Numbered from the stretch's first letter, positions 51,801-61,750 are shown. The stretch is DNA of 64,000 nucleotides from Tubiluchus corallicola (GCA_030141605.1 JAQGDQ010000542.1:62001-126000); one strand, 5' to 3'. Made by a program: numbers and translations. The notes: a model not told the origin generated them from the sequence alone.

Positions 51801-54800
51801 ACTAAAACACCAAACTTCGTAAAACTGATTTACTGACTTACTTATTACTAAACCCACTAAAATATTGACCTTCGCACTCGAGCCTTCAACGGTGGAAAGT
51901 TGGCAGTGTATCACTTTAGTAAGAAATAGGAGAAACCTTAGACATTCACTTACTACCAGTTTCATTTCCCCTCTAGTTTTCATATTCAAATCAGGATTAG
52001 CCTGATGTCTTTGTTCCTGAATACACATGCATAAACTTTAATGCCCTTGGGTTTTATAATTTTTGACAGTTATTGGCAAATAATCTTTGAAAGTGTTATC
52101 CGTTCTCATATAAACAATGATTAGGTAACTTCCTGTCTTAGCTCAGAAGCGTCCCAATTTAGGTTTTAGATTAACTTATTTGTCCATTTAACACAATATT
52201 ACAATATACGAACTATTACAATTACAGAATTGACATGCACTGCAATTTAATGAGCGTAGCAAATTGTATAAGTTTCGGTTCTGTTCACACAATGGCTAAT
52301 CCTGCACATCTACATTGTAATCACATTTGATGTTTTCAGCGTAAGTCTAGTAAATGCTGCTGTACTGCGATACTTCATGGTTGAACTGGATTTGGCAGAA
52401 AACTTTGCGGCATTGCGAAGATTTCTGCTATTGGAAGATGGTGAATTTGGGCAGATGCTGAGTGATTTGCTGTTTGATAAGGTGAAAATTTGTGCTTTTT
52501 TGTTATTTTAACATATGATGCAAATCTTATCCTTGATAAATTATTGCTAATATTTTTCATCTATTATTTTTTTATTTCACCTTCTACTATATTTTATTTT
52601 TATTATTGCGAAAACTATTGCAGAATTATAACCTAATAAAAAATTGTGTGAAAAAGTTAAAAGTGTGATATTAGATTTATTTCGTTTTAGATAGTACTTG
52701 AAGTTGTCTCATTGCAGTCTTGAAAGTGCTTCTGCATTGTTGTGAAACAATCGTCTTTTTTATTGTTAAGCAAGAGAATTCAATATTCAAAAAACAATGC
52801 ACTGTTATGGATACCTGGTGATGTGGCTCAGTATTAGTATGCTTGCTTCTTACCCGGGTTGTTGTGGATTCAACTCCCGGCCAAGTCATATCTAAGACGT
52901 AAAAACTCGATCTTTGACCAGGCATGCAGGTTTATCGAAGCAATGTGCGGGGTAATAAAAATCAGAACCACCTTGAAAATAAGTATTGAGGTACTTAAGG
53001 TGTTATTCCTGAGTTATGTCCTAAATGATATTATTATTATTATTATTTTATACATTAGTGTTACTTAAGTCATGGTACTTATGCTGTTGATATCAAATTT
53101 TTGTCGTTAAACTTTAAATTACTCATGATCTCAAAATGGATCTGCAAAAGTGTGTTATTACAAGGCACAAAAAATTAATTAGTTGTTTGATTGAGATGCC
53201 ATGACACTCATCTGCTTAAGTTAACATGTTCATTAAGCTCACAGATGATCGTTTCAACTTAGCAGTCATTTTCAATGCTAAAAATAAGGCAAAAAAGGAA
53301 TATTAAGTACATTTGATACTGCAATATTAACGCACACAATACAAAACCAAACACTAGAAATTAAATTGTCAGAATAATCGTCGTTGTAACTGGAAAGAAA
53401 TTCAAAAGAAATGTAAAAGTTACCTTATGTATGAGATTCAGAAAATATTGCAACACAGTAAACCATTAGTGCAAGTCTACGTAATGAAGATCCACGGTTA
53501 CAAGCATTAGAATGATAAAACAAAAACTTCTACACAGACCACTACAGGACCTGATGGAAGAGTCAAATTGGTCTAGAACACAGAGATAGTTAGATCTGCA
53601 GCATGAATGGTGCTACTGATTATAGTGGGATGTTAGGAACTGAGCGGCGCTTCATAATATACAAGGCCTCTTCTATCTTGAAATCCTGAATAGTTCTTGT
53701 ACCATGTAAGATGTTAAATGCAGAGTCGAGTCAGTGCCGGATTAAGGCATGGGCTTTATGGGCTGCAACCCAGGGCCGCAGAGTTGAGTCAGTGCCGGAT
53801 TAAGGCATGGGCTTTATGGGCTGCAACCCAGGGTCTCTGCCAGCTGAGAGGCCTCCAGAGGTTAAGTGCAATTAACTTACTGTGAAAAGTTACTAACTAC
53901 AAAATGAGAGTAGAAGTATGCTGAATTATCTCTTTAAAATGGTTCCATTATTTAATATGCTGTATAATGATACACTGGAATTATTTTCTTATCCATTATT
54001 TCAACTCACAAGGCACTGGTAATCCTAATTACATTGACACAATGTTGTAGTAATTGAGGCCACATCTCCTGTGACAGAACTAAGAAATCTTTTTGTTGTG
54101 AGAGACTTCCACCCATCTATGTGGTCCTATGTTGTCATTAGGTTGTAGAAGTTGAATAAACTGATTTGATGAATCCAACATTCATGCTTTTGTAAATTGT
54201 CACTGGTGCTCTACAAAATCAAAATCCGCGCTGAGTCGAAGCTATAAGAATAACATCTCATTATAGATTGCCGTGTGTTCCAATCCAGCAGAATTCTTCA
54301 CGCCTCTTGTTCTGCAACCACTTCTTAACGAAGCACTACGATCTTCACTTTACGGCGAGTCTCCTCATGCGGACAAGGTGAGCTTTATGTTGAAGCGTGT
54401 GCCTGCGAAGCTCTTTCCTACAGGTGAGTAACAGGTGCTGAATACATTTTTAGGGGAAGCTCTTAAATGAATTAACTGATTATTTCTGTGTGTGTGCGTC
54501 AAGCAGTGTAATATACATTTTATGCAAATAGTGCAATTCTGCTTTTACGCAATAGTTGTTAATTTTATTACACTGAATATTTAGGCAAAATCAGCTGATG
54601 ACTCTATTAAGACAGGTTCTTAAGCTTTGTATTGATCACGTTTGTATCAAGTGTTTTGTTGCATTTTGAGTAAATTTATCAAGATTTTGTGCTATTTTGT
54701 TCAGTAAATGAAACGTTTTTCATGGGGTGCTAGCAGACTTTTCTCAGGTAATCAAATTATCTGAACATTTCAACAAAAACAAAAAACCAACACCTTCAAT

Positions 54801-57800
54801 TAGCTAAACATGTTATTAGCTAATTAGCCAATTAAATGATGAACATCGATTTAGTGTGTGCTGATGTTGTATGTATAAAAAAGTCCTACAATTTCATCTA
54901 ACAGCAAGCTAGAGCTTAGCTGAAACAGTAGGTTGCCATGGTGTTCGTAACATGCAGCCTGTTATGTGCATTGTTCTGCTGTACATTCCAACAATGCAGT
55001 ACGGACTGCTCATTGGAAAAAATTGTGTTGCTATGGCGACCGAGTGATCTTTTGTCTGCCATCTAGTGGTAACTTAAAAAAGCATTGCAAGTGTGTAATT
55101 GCGCTATTTGCAGTTGTATATATATATATCTTTATATTATTTCAGCAATAGATACGTTTGACTGCCTGGAGCTTCACTACAAGGTTGACTGGCCGTTAAA
55201 CATCGTCATAACAGAAAGCAACATGTCTGCTTACAACTCAATACTCGCCTTCATGTTGCGCTTGAAGCGGACAATTTGGGTTCTGAATGACGTCTGGCAT
55301 AATTTGAAAGCTTGTTCGGCAGTAACTGATATCGGAGAGTCGTCACAGTTTCGGAAGCTGCAGTTGTACAGGTAGATTTTTTGTACTATTGTGGAATTGT
55401 TCATTTATGGTGACCTAAATACTTAAAATTGCAAATTTTGTTTGTAGAGAGCCCAAAAAAGCTTCAGGGAGAAAAAAGGAGAGACAAAAAGAGGAAGAGA
55501 GTGAGAGAAAGGTGGAAAGGAGAGACAGTGAGACTAGATCAGTTTGTAACAAGTTTTTTCATTGGTGGTTTGACAGGCACGAGATGCAGCATTTCGTACG
55601 AGCAATACAAGGTTACATCGCTAATCAAGTGGTTTACGTCTCCTGGCAAGAGTTTCAAACAGAGCTAGAGCAGCAGGTGTGTAACCTTGACGACCTGCGC
55701 AGGTGTCACACACAGTATCTTCGTAAAGCTGTTCTCAGGTAAATGAAAGGTGACAGTTTTGAACCCCCACATGAGTGCCACGCCTAAGATAAGGTTGTCA
55801 TAAAAATAGCATGTCCTTGTTGATGACCTAAGTATGTTGATTACTCATGTGTGGGTAAACAGTTTAGCCTAATTTTTACGTTTTTGCTCCTATATCAAGT
55901 CTTTAAATGATCACAGCTTTTTTAACCATACCACTATCTTAGCCCTACCGCAGGTGTCTACCCTGCTTCAGGGCCGGATTGTTCTATAGGCTAATATAGG
56001 CTGCAGTCTAGGGTCCTTCCAACTTAGGAAGCCCTGCTAAAACATTTTCAAATATAAATTTGGGTTTAGTGGTTATAAAAAATCTATTTCTTCGCTAAAC
56101 TTTTGCTGAAATATGTGCTAATTTGGTATGCAATAGACAGTTGAATAGTGGTATTTCTTAAAGAATATTTTTATTGACAAACAAAAGATAGATCTTATAG
56201 TTACTAAAATATGAAATATGTAAATGCTACTAAAATATTTCATGGGTAAAAGTACTCAAATGGGATGCAGGGGAGTTGTGGGGTGGCTCCATCTGAGGGT
56301 CCCTATAATTTCATTTGCCTAGGGAGCTCAGAAGGTCACAATCCTACCCTGCCCTTCTTACTTACATGACTCTATGTGTCATAGTTTTTGACTTAACACA
56401 ATGTTATGCATCCAACTGACCAATGTCCTATACTCTTGAGCCTTTGACTGTGAGGTCACCATTCACTGTACCATTGTCAATGTCCCTAGCCCAGTTGTTT
56501 TGGGCTGGTTTCGTGTGTCTAGCCCTGTGTGTTTGTAATCTAATATGAATTTTTCATGTCTTCACAACAACAACAACAAGGATGCGTTACAACCTCTGAT
56601 TACTGGATCCAATATGCAGAAAACTCACCATTGTGACCAGTGAGATTTTTCCTGCAGTTTAGCCCTGTGCAAGCAATGATCCAGCTTTCCATGGCAAGGT
56701 CTACTCAATGTAGATGATTGTGGCATGACTGGGATCTAGATCGTTATCAAGAATAATCTTCTAACATGAGACTATGGACTAGCCGGGGGGAGGGGCGGCT
56801 CAATCATGTTCGGCTGTGTACGCCTTCCTCCAACATGGGCAATGTGGCAGCTGAAACTGCAAAGAAGCTGAAGATCACCTGTTCTCTCGGTTGCAGGGCT
56901 TACCAATTTAATTATCAAGCTCATTATCAAAGATAGTTCTTGTCAAAAACACTTAATTTTATTACGATGAATGATTGATTTTTATTCTTCGAAAACATTT
57001 TATCTGATTTTAGCGATTTAATTGAATGTTTTTAACTGTATGTAAACAGTTCGAATTTTGTAAAAATAGGCGGGAGAGCAAAACAGGGCGACCGAATGAC
57101 CTAAATTCAATTACTTTTGCATTTTCGATGCAAACAAACACTGAATTGAGTTTAATTTGCAACAATTTTCAAAATGTATGTATTTCACTTTTTTATCAAA
57201 AAAAAGAACAAGTAATTGAAATATGCGCCTAGTTATTAATAAATATTAGATTTTTACGATGACGATGAAGCAAGATTAATTAGTACATGTTTAGTAATAA
57301 AGGCTTACTGGTCTATTATAAAAGACCTACGTTATGTATATATATAGGCAATAATCCTAATTCAGCTAATTGCATGACCAATTGAGCAACATGCCAGCTA
57401 TACTATAGACTTGAATGACAGTTACATAGGTAATTGATTACGATGCAAATTTACATTGACATTCAAGAACCAGTTTGCACGAGCAAATCCATGCAAACAG
57501 GGTAAAAAATACTTTAACTTGACACATGCCATACTGACGTAGTATTGGTAGTTCTCGACAGTCCCGTTAAGATGAGGCACTGAACTGAATGGGGTGTCTC
57601 AGTCATGTTCGTATATGTGTGCATCTTCTCTCGGCAAAGCACATATTCTTGGGCAGTACAACGCTAGAAATTACGAAGAACCCACATGTTGCCAACCCAT
57701 TCTTTGATCAGGCACAACCATACTTAACTTTACTTACTAGATGTAGACCTGCGGCGATTCATCTCGCTCATGAACAGAGTAAGCACTTCATTCCATTATG

Positions 57801-58692
57801 GCTTGTATTTTCAGATGTTTACTGAATAAGAAGGCCAGTCCAGTAGTGAAGATAATCAATGACATCTTTCACGTCATCCTCGAGTTTCACGAACAAGTAC
57901 TCTCATACTCCTGGCGGTGGAACGAGGAGGCGGAGGAACTCCAGCACCCCCTATTTCCACGAATTGTGACCAGTTACGAAAACTTTCAGCGGTACTCAAC
58001 TTTCCTGTTTAGACGTAAGTAATTTTTTCTTGATTGGTTAGAAGTTGCGCTGACAAGCCACTGATATGGAAATTTCTAGTTTTTTGCTGAATTACTGCTG
58101 TGTTTACTTGTCTTGAGGGCAGAATGCAAAATGCTGCAGCCTGCATTGTAAGCAATTTTATTTGACCATTACTGCTTTCTGATAAAATACAGGATAGATT
58201 TTAAAATACTCCTGCTTGCTTATAAATGTGTGTGCCAGTTGGCTCCCTGTTATCTTCAAGAGTTAATTTCATGGAATATTCCACAGTGTAATTTGCCTTC
58301 AGCAAATTCAATGAACTTGGTCAACCTAGAACAGAACTAGTCAATTGTGGAGGACGGTAATTCTCGTCTGTCGCTCCTCTGTTAGGAAAGCAAACGCTGT
58401 ATGGTAGTCAGAGTCATTTTCAATTTTTATAACATGCCTCAAAACCTTTTTATTTCAAAAAAAAACTTTTAAGTTTTTGTAATTACTTAATCAAATTAAT
58501 TTAAATCAATGTAGGTTGTGATTGCATATTAAATTTTATATGTAGAATTGTAATGTATGTATTATTTATCTTTGCTTTTAGTTTTATCGTAGTGTACAAC
58601 TTTTAAACCCATTCCTGGTATGTTTTTACTCACACTGTGTAGCTATTATCATTGTGAAGCCCTACAGAATTTTATGGATTTGAGGCTAAAAA

Positions 58693-58782
<90 letters not shown>

Positions 58783-60167
58783 GTTATTATTCTTATTAGT
58801 ATTAGTATTATCATCATCAACATCATCATTACAGTAGACGCCGCTTAATAGATTCACTTTGGAACCGAAATGTTTTGACCCAATTAACCGATTGAACCTA
58901 TTAACCGATGGTTGTAGTATTACTGGTGTAGCAGTATGAGTCATCAACTTACTGCGCCCTGCAAAGGTTTTTAATGAATTTTAGTAATGCCTAAATTCTT
59001 TTGTGCAGTTAAAAATCTAAAAAAAGTATTTTAAATTATTAATTTAGGTAAGTGAGTTAGAATAAATTAAAAAGTATACTTTTCTAAATCACACAAGTCT
59101 TTTTTTGCAAAATTTACAAAAATTCCTTCAAAGTCGGCTGTTCCATTTTCTCCTGAAGAAGTTGACTCACAAAGTTCTCGTAATTATAAAAACGTTGAAA
59201 ATCTGTTGCAATGTATTTTCCTAAAACATTTGCTGGCGGCGCACTGCGAGTTGGTGGTACTGTCAATAAAATGCACATGAATGAAAACAGTTGCAGTAAA
59301 ACACCATGAATACTATGTAGAATAAACAAGTTCACTAGTGTTTTGCAGGTTTAATAGTTTGCTTATTGTATTATGCTCAATAAGTGTGTTCATTAGTTCA
59401 CCTGTTTAGTGGTGTTGACAGGTAACAATGGGCTTCACTCGTCTCGCCTGTTTGTGGTGTTGACAGGTAACAATGGGCTTCACTCGTCTCGCCTGTTTGT
59501 GGTGTTGACAGGTAACAATGGACTTCACTGGTCTCACCTGTTTAGTGGTGTTGACAGGTAACAATGGGCTTCACTGGTCTCACCTGTTTGTGGTGTTGAC
59601 AGGTAACAATGGGCTTCACTGGTCTCACCTGTTTAGTGGTGTTGACAGGTAACAATGGGCTTCACTGGTCTCGCCTGTTTAGTGGTGTTGACAGGTAACA
59701 ATGGGCTTCACTGGTCTCGCCTGTTTAGTGGTGTTGACAGGTAACAATGGGCTTCACTGGTCTCACCTGTTTGTGGTGTTGACAGGTAACAATGGGCTTC
59801 ACTGGTCTCACCTGTTTGTGGTGTTGACAGGTGACAATGGGCTTCACTTGTCTCACCTGTTTGTGGTCACACGCTGTTGCGTTTCTGTATGTTGTAATGT
59901 TGAAACACTGTAACAAAATTTACCAAACACACTTAATTTTAGAGTAGGTGTGATGCCAAGCAAAATTAATTCAGAATTTGATGGATACATCTCCACTTGC
60001 TGATCAACTATTATCGTTGTAAGCATGTTGCATCATGTAACCCATCACTTTGTTTTTTAATTGCAGTGCTGCACAAACTGGCTAGTCGTGGATACGAGAC
60101 ACACTTGAAAATACTTCTCAATATTCTCAACCTCAACGACTATTATTCTGCACAAACGGAGAGCTGA
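27696..60167 (+). CDS. TUBGCP6: Gamma-tubulin complex component 6, 24 coding exons, 1875 aa
   Basis: 24 GT-AG exons join in frame (5628 nt). Motifs: LLLSLAGS, WETIG..YMTEAG, GRIP1 (GLVYQSFLSGLR, FPTGISLLSYLY, CKPYLCFIRDWVFHG, VPSFL..CGK), coiled coil, long insertion with HGHASDA, GRIP2 (FLLLEDGEF, LHYKVDWPLNIVI, RHEMQHFV, LNLNDYY). Confidence 0.95.
28790..28930 (+). CDS. TUBGCP6: TUBGCP6 exon 2
   Basis: ttccag|(G)TASG..YKMRLHRDYDRAACLEDCIDRLK|gtgtgc. Confidence 0.85.
29756..30072 (+). repeat. Compound pentamer microsatellite (TTATA)n-(TTACA)n-(TTACC)n-(TTACA)n
   Basis: Direct inspection. Confidence 0.95.
30081..30273 (+). repeat. 25-bp minisatellite (cttagtgctcatgtccagtagaatg), about 8 units
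   Basis: Tandem units ending about 23 bp before the exon 3 acceptor. Confidence 0.9.
30297..30436 (+). CDS. TUBGCP6: TUBGCP6 exon 3
   Basis: tttcag|(E)VAGK..SMIQLLLSLAGSDE..VTRQ|gtgtta. Confidence 0.85.
30677..30777 (+). CDS. TUBGCP6: TUBGCP6 exon 4
   Basis: ttctag|KLRKLRLNLPSGPPVYGDSNYRCVDDLQYMQYP(R)|gtaacg; supplies the phase 0-to-2 bridge between exons 3 and 5. Confidence 0.75.
31753..32038 (+). CDS. TUBGCP6: TUBGCP6 exon 5
   Basis: tttcag|ELLQNG..SALFKAKVG..QRSSE|gtaaag. Confidence 0.8.
33600..33772 (+). CDS. TUBGCP6: TUBGCP6 exon 6
   Basis: ttgtag|EKTKFFEPDEGF..NIWERALDY..TWETIG|gtaagc. Confidence 0.9.
33806..35029. mobile_element. Composite TTAA-flanked element: MITE left stub, captured NCKIPSD segment, full MITE
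   Basis: TTAA 33802-33805; TIR stub 33806-33846; copy of 15001-15638 at 33852-34494; MITE 34495-35029; TTAA 35030-35033. Confidence 0.85.
34182..34320 (-). pseudogene. NCKIPSD: Duplicated orphan copy of NCKIPSD exon 5
   Basis: 139-nt copy of 15328-15466 with both splice sites; I see one synonymous change (CGA>CGT); antisense to the host gene TUBGCP6. Confidence 0.9.
35180..35387 (+). CDS. TUBGCP6: TUBGCP6 exon 7
   Basis: ttacag|RPGPTEKKYMTEAG..LVADLVNLMCGIESETF..DT|gtaaat; cagtag NAGNAG acceptor. Confidence 0.92.
35408..35836. mobile_element. Long imperfect palindrome (foldback/MITE-like)
   Basis: gtagttaattaataacaaggtctatta pairs with taatagaccttgttgtgattaattaactgc; cattctcattttagtatt pairs with aatactaaaatgtgaatg; centre about 35632. 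Confidence 0.75.
35978..36087 (+). CDS. TUBGCP6: TUBGCP6 exon 8
   Basis: ttctag|EQQKFCIAPGLYISGIDPE..AECGTFFY|gtgagt. Confidence 0.92.
36475..36660 (+). CDS. TUBGCP6: TUBGCP6 exon 9
   Basis: tcatag|LIDWS..QGLVYQSFLSGLRNYLRQYQACIL..QI|gtgagt. Confidence 0.93.
37609..37877 (+). CDS. TUBGCP6: TUBGCP6 exon 10
   Basis: atttag|YLSHLC..FPTGISLLSYLY..CKPYLCFIRDWVFHG..EFMM..NAK|gtgagt. Confidence 0.94.
38399..38710 (+). repeat. About 52-bp minisatellite, 6 units
   Basis: ttagcaactgcttccttggttactgcgttgtttctgtgatgttagatttgtg in tandem. Confidence 0.9.
39267..39403 (+). CDS. TUBGCP6: TUBGCP6 exon 11
   Basis: ttccag|(D)ERFW..VPSFLRDLAEEMYVCGKTVYLMRLNCPE|gtaaat. Confidence 0.94.
39860..40230 (+). mobile_element. 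LINE (RTE-like) 3' remnant
   Basis: ORF 39895-40230 GIRWPKKISNKDLYE..RLTWIGHMLRLP..AANRESWRR is a typical post-RT LINE C-terminus. Confidence 0.78.
40680..40807 (+). CDS. TUBGCP6: TUBGCP6 exon 12
   Basis: tttcag|HYICNLGNLPPALTITFS..LAEE|gttcgc. Confidence 0.88.
40845..41342. mobile_element. Tigger/pogo-like MITE
   Basis: ta|caatgttccctcgctt ... tagcgagggaacactg|ta. Confidence 0.8.
41801..41904 (+). CDS. TUBGCP6: TUBGCP6 exon 13
   Basis: taacag|ILRDEAKLAQVKEDRRK..KMQ|gtacaa. Confidence 0.85.
42538..42760 (+). mobile_element. tRNA-derived SINE-like element
   Basis: A-box-like gctcagctgacagagc and B-box ggttcaaatccc, followed by non-tRNA body; boundaries approximate. Confidence 0.45.
43123..43211 (+). 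CDS. TUBGCP6: TUBGCP6 exon 14 (coiled coil)
   Basis: ctgcag|(D)QQEQKRKAEDAAKRQRLEEIREQMEEQKE|gtatag. Confidence 0.87.
43953..44068 (+). CDS. TUBGCP6: TUBGCP6 exon 15 (coiled coil)
   Basis: ggttag|RKTRIKQREADED..DEADLERKV(R)|gtaaat; donor amplified about 20 times. Confidence 0.87.
44046..44737 (+). repeat. 34-bp exon-end/5' splice-site tandem array (about 20 units) at TUBGCP6 exon 15
   Basis: gccggtcttgaaccaaagtcag|gtaaattactct; first unit is the real exon end. Confidence 0.95.
45716..47721 (+). CDS. TUBGCP6: TUBGCP6 exon 16 (2006-nt exon, large low-complexity insertion)
   Basis: cttcag|SELIEYY..AREQLAIWKTQRYRL..HGHASDA..KSAPL|gtgagt; lies within ORF 45657-47750. Confidence 0.93.
47711..48060 (+). 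repeat. 25-bp exon-end/5' splice-site tandem array (14 units) at TUBGCP6 exon 16
   Basis: tgcaccattag|gtgagtttattagt. Confidence 0.95.
48541..48645 (+). CDS. TUBGCP6: TUBGCP6 exon 17
   Basis: gcatag|(D)VSTIDEGWLERRYHWEEI..LSPRL|gtatgg; phase-compatible but weaker donor. Confidence 0.72.
49442..50120. mobile_element. hAT-like MITE, degraded
   Basis: caggggcgtagccagg ... cctacatcactg ends with G-rich and C-rich subterminal blocks. Confidence 0.5.
50277..50439 (+). CDS. TUBGCP6: TUBGCP6 exon 18
   Basis: ttgcag|GRPSG..YLPLPVLLERCITVPLQT(H)|gtgagt; donor amplified 9 times. Confidence 0.9.
50413..50799 (+). repeat. 43-bp exon-end/5' splice-site tandem array (9 units) at TUBGCP6 exon 18
   Basis: atgcatcaccgttccactgcaaactca|gtgagtattgttagtt. 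Confidence 0.95.
52340..52481 (+). CDS. TUBGCP6: TUBGCP6 exon 19
   Basis: tttcag|VSLVNAAVLRYFMVEL..LRRFLLLEDGEFGQMLSDLLFDK|gtgaaa. Confidence 0.95.
52817..52985 (+). mobile_element. tRNA-derived SINE-like element
   Basis: tggctcagtattag (A-box-like) ... gattcaactcccggcc (B-box-like), then a non-tRNA body. Confidence 0.45.
53720..53860 (+). mobile_element. hAT-like MITE end with an internal tandem duplication of about 59 bp
   Basis: gagtcagtgccggattaaggcatgggctttatgggctgcaacccaggg occurs twice. Confidence 0.6.
54267..54423 (+). CDS. TUBGCP6: TUBGCP6 exon 20
   Basis: ttatag|IAVCSNPAEFFTPLVLQPLLNEALRSSLYG..LFPT|gtgagt. Confidence 0.92.
55146..55371 (+). CDS. TUBGCP6: TUBGCP6 exon 21
   Basis: tttcag|IDTFDCLELHYKVDWPLNIVITE..QFRKLQLY|gtagat. 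Confidence 0.95.
55577..55738 (+). CDS. TUBGCP6: TUBGCP6 exon 22
   Basis: tgacag|HEMQHFVRAIQGYIANQVVYVSWQEF..YLRKAVL|gtaaat. Confidence 0.95.
55969..56351. mobile_element. hAT-like MITE
   Basis: cagggccggattg ... caatcctaccctg TIRs; 8-bp TSD ccctgctt/cccttctt. Confidence 0.75.
57815..58014 (+). CDS. TUBGCP6: TUBGCP6 exon 23
   Basis: tttcag|CLLNKKASPVVKIINDIF..HPLF..YSTFLFR|gtaagt. Confidence 0.94.
58694..58800. repeat. (ATT)n microsatellite
   Basis: Direct inspection; explains the poly-N ORF 58672-58947. Confidence 0.95.
59398..59866 (+). repeat. 45/46-bp minisatellite (about 10 units) containing CAG|GTAACA
   Basis: tcacctgtttagtggtgttgacaggtaacaatgggcttcactggtc in tandem. Confidence 0.93.
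60067..60167 (+). CDS. TUBGCP6: TUBGCP6 terminal exon
   Basis: ttgcag|(L)LHKLASRGYETHLKILLNILNLNDYYSAQTES*. Confidence 0.94.
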
Positions 60168-61750
60168 TAACTTGTTAACAGATGGGAGTAGTATGTTAAT
60201 TTGATCGTGCGCCACTTCTTTATTCTGCAGAAACGGAGAGCTGATAACTTGTTAAGAAACAGATGGGAGTAGTATGTTAATTTGATCGTGCGCCACTTCT
60301 TTATTCTGCAGAAACGGACAACTGATAACTTGCTAAGAAGAACTTGTCACAGATGGGAGTAGTATGGTTTATTTGATCGTGCGCCACTTCCTTATTCTGC
60401 ACAAACGGAGAGCTGATAACTTGCTAAGAAGGATTTGTCACACATGGGAGTAGTATGGTTTATTTGATCGTGCGCCACTTCCTTATTCTGCACAAACGGA
60501 GAGCTGATAACTTGCTAAGAAGGATTTGTCACACATGGGAGTAGTATGGTTTATTTGATCGTGCGCCACTTCCTTATTCTGCACAAACGGAGAGCTGATA
60601 ACTTGCTAAGAAGGATTTGTCACACATGGGAGTAGTATGGTTTATTTGATCGTGCGCCACTTCCTTATTCTGCACAAACGGAGAGCTGATAACTTGTTAA
60701 CAGATGGGAGTAGTATGTTGATTTGATCGTGCGCCACTTCCTTATTCTGCAGAAATGGAGAGCTGCTAACTTGTTAAGAAGGATTTGTCACAGATGGGAG
60801 TAGTATGTTGATTTGATCGTGCGCCACTTCTTTATTCTGTACAAACGGAGAGCTGATAACTTGTTAACTTGTTACAGATGGGAGTAGTATGGTCGATTTG
60901 ATCGTGCGCCACTTCTTTATTCTGCAGAAACGGAGAGCTGCTAACTTGTTAAGAAGAACTTGTCGCAGATGGGAGTAGTGTAATTGATTTGATTGTGCGC
61001 CACTTCTTTATTCTGCGCAAACAGAGAGCTGATAACTTGTTAACTTGTCACAGATGGGAGTAGTATGGTCGATTTGATCATGCGCCACTTCTTTATTCTG
61101 CAGAAACGGAGAGCTGATAACTTATCAGGAAGACCTCGGAGTAGTATAGTGGATTTGTCTGTGCGTCACTATTCTTTATTCTGGGAACAGAGAGCTAATA
61201 ACAGTTGTGAATGGCAGTAGTAGTCCATCTAGTTTGCAACAATTACTGTGCATTCGTTTCAACATTCGCAACCTTGCTGATGACTTGTTGAAAGACATAA
61301 GAGTGGTATAGTTGATTTGCCTGTGCTTCACTTTTCTTTATTATGCAGTAACAGAGAGCTGTTAACTTATTAAGATGACCCCTGTTATAGATGGGAGTAG
61401 TATAGTCGATTTGCTTGTGTCCCAATTTTCTTTAGTCTATAAATACATGATAACAGTCATTGTGGGTGTAGTATAGTACATCTACTCTGCATATGACTCA
61501 ACATTCTCAATCTCAACTGTTATTCTGTAGGGAGATGATGACTTGTTAAAACACATAACAGTTGTATAGTCGATTTGCCTGTGCGTCACTTTTCTTTAAT
61601 CTATAAACTGGGAGTTAATACAACCATTGATGATACTAGTATAGCTGATTGGTCTATACAACACGTTTGTTCATTCTACATAAATGGAGCTTGTCAGCAA
61701 GACATCAGTCACAAGTGGGAGTAGTATAATCAATTTGCTGTGCGTCACTT
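60143..61750 (+). repeat. 77-91-bp tandem array seeded on the TUBGCP6 stop codon (about 13 clear units to about 61200, then decayed copies)
   Basis: ttattctgcacaaacggagagcTGAtaacttg..gggagtagtatgg..gatcgtgcgccacttc. Confidence 0.92.

Noticed and set aside
58672-58947. Poly-Asn ORF
   Set aside because: Translation of the (ATT)n microsatellite plus a MITE end.
44046-61200. Tandem arrays as CRISPR arrays
   Set aside because: Units are contiguous with no unique spacers, there are no cas genes, and the context is spliced eukaryotic genes.
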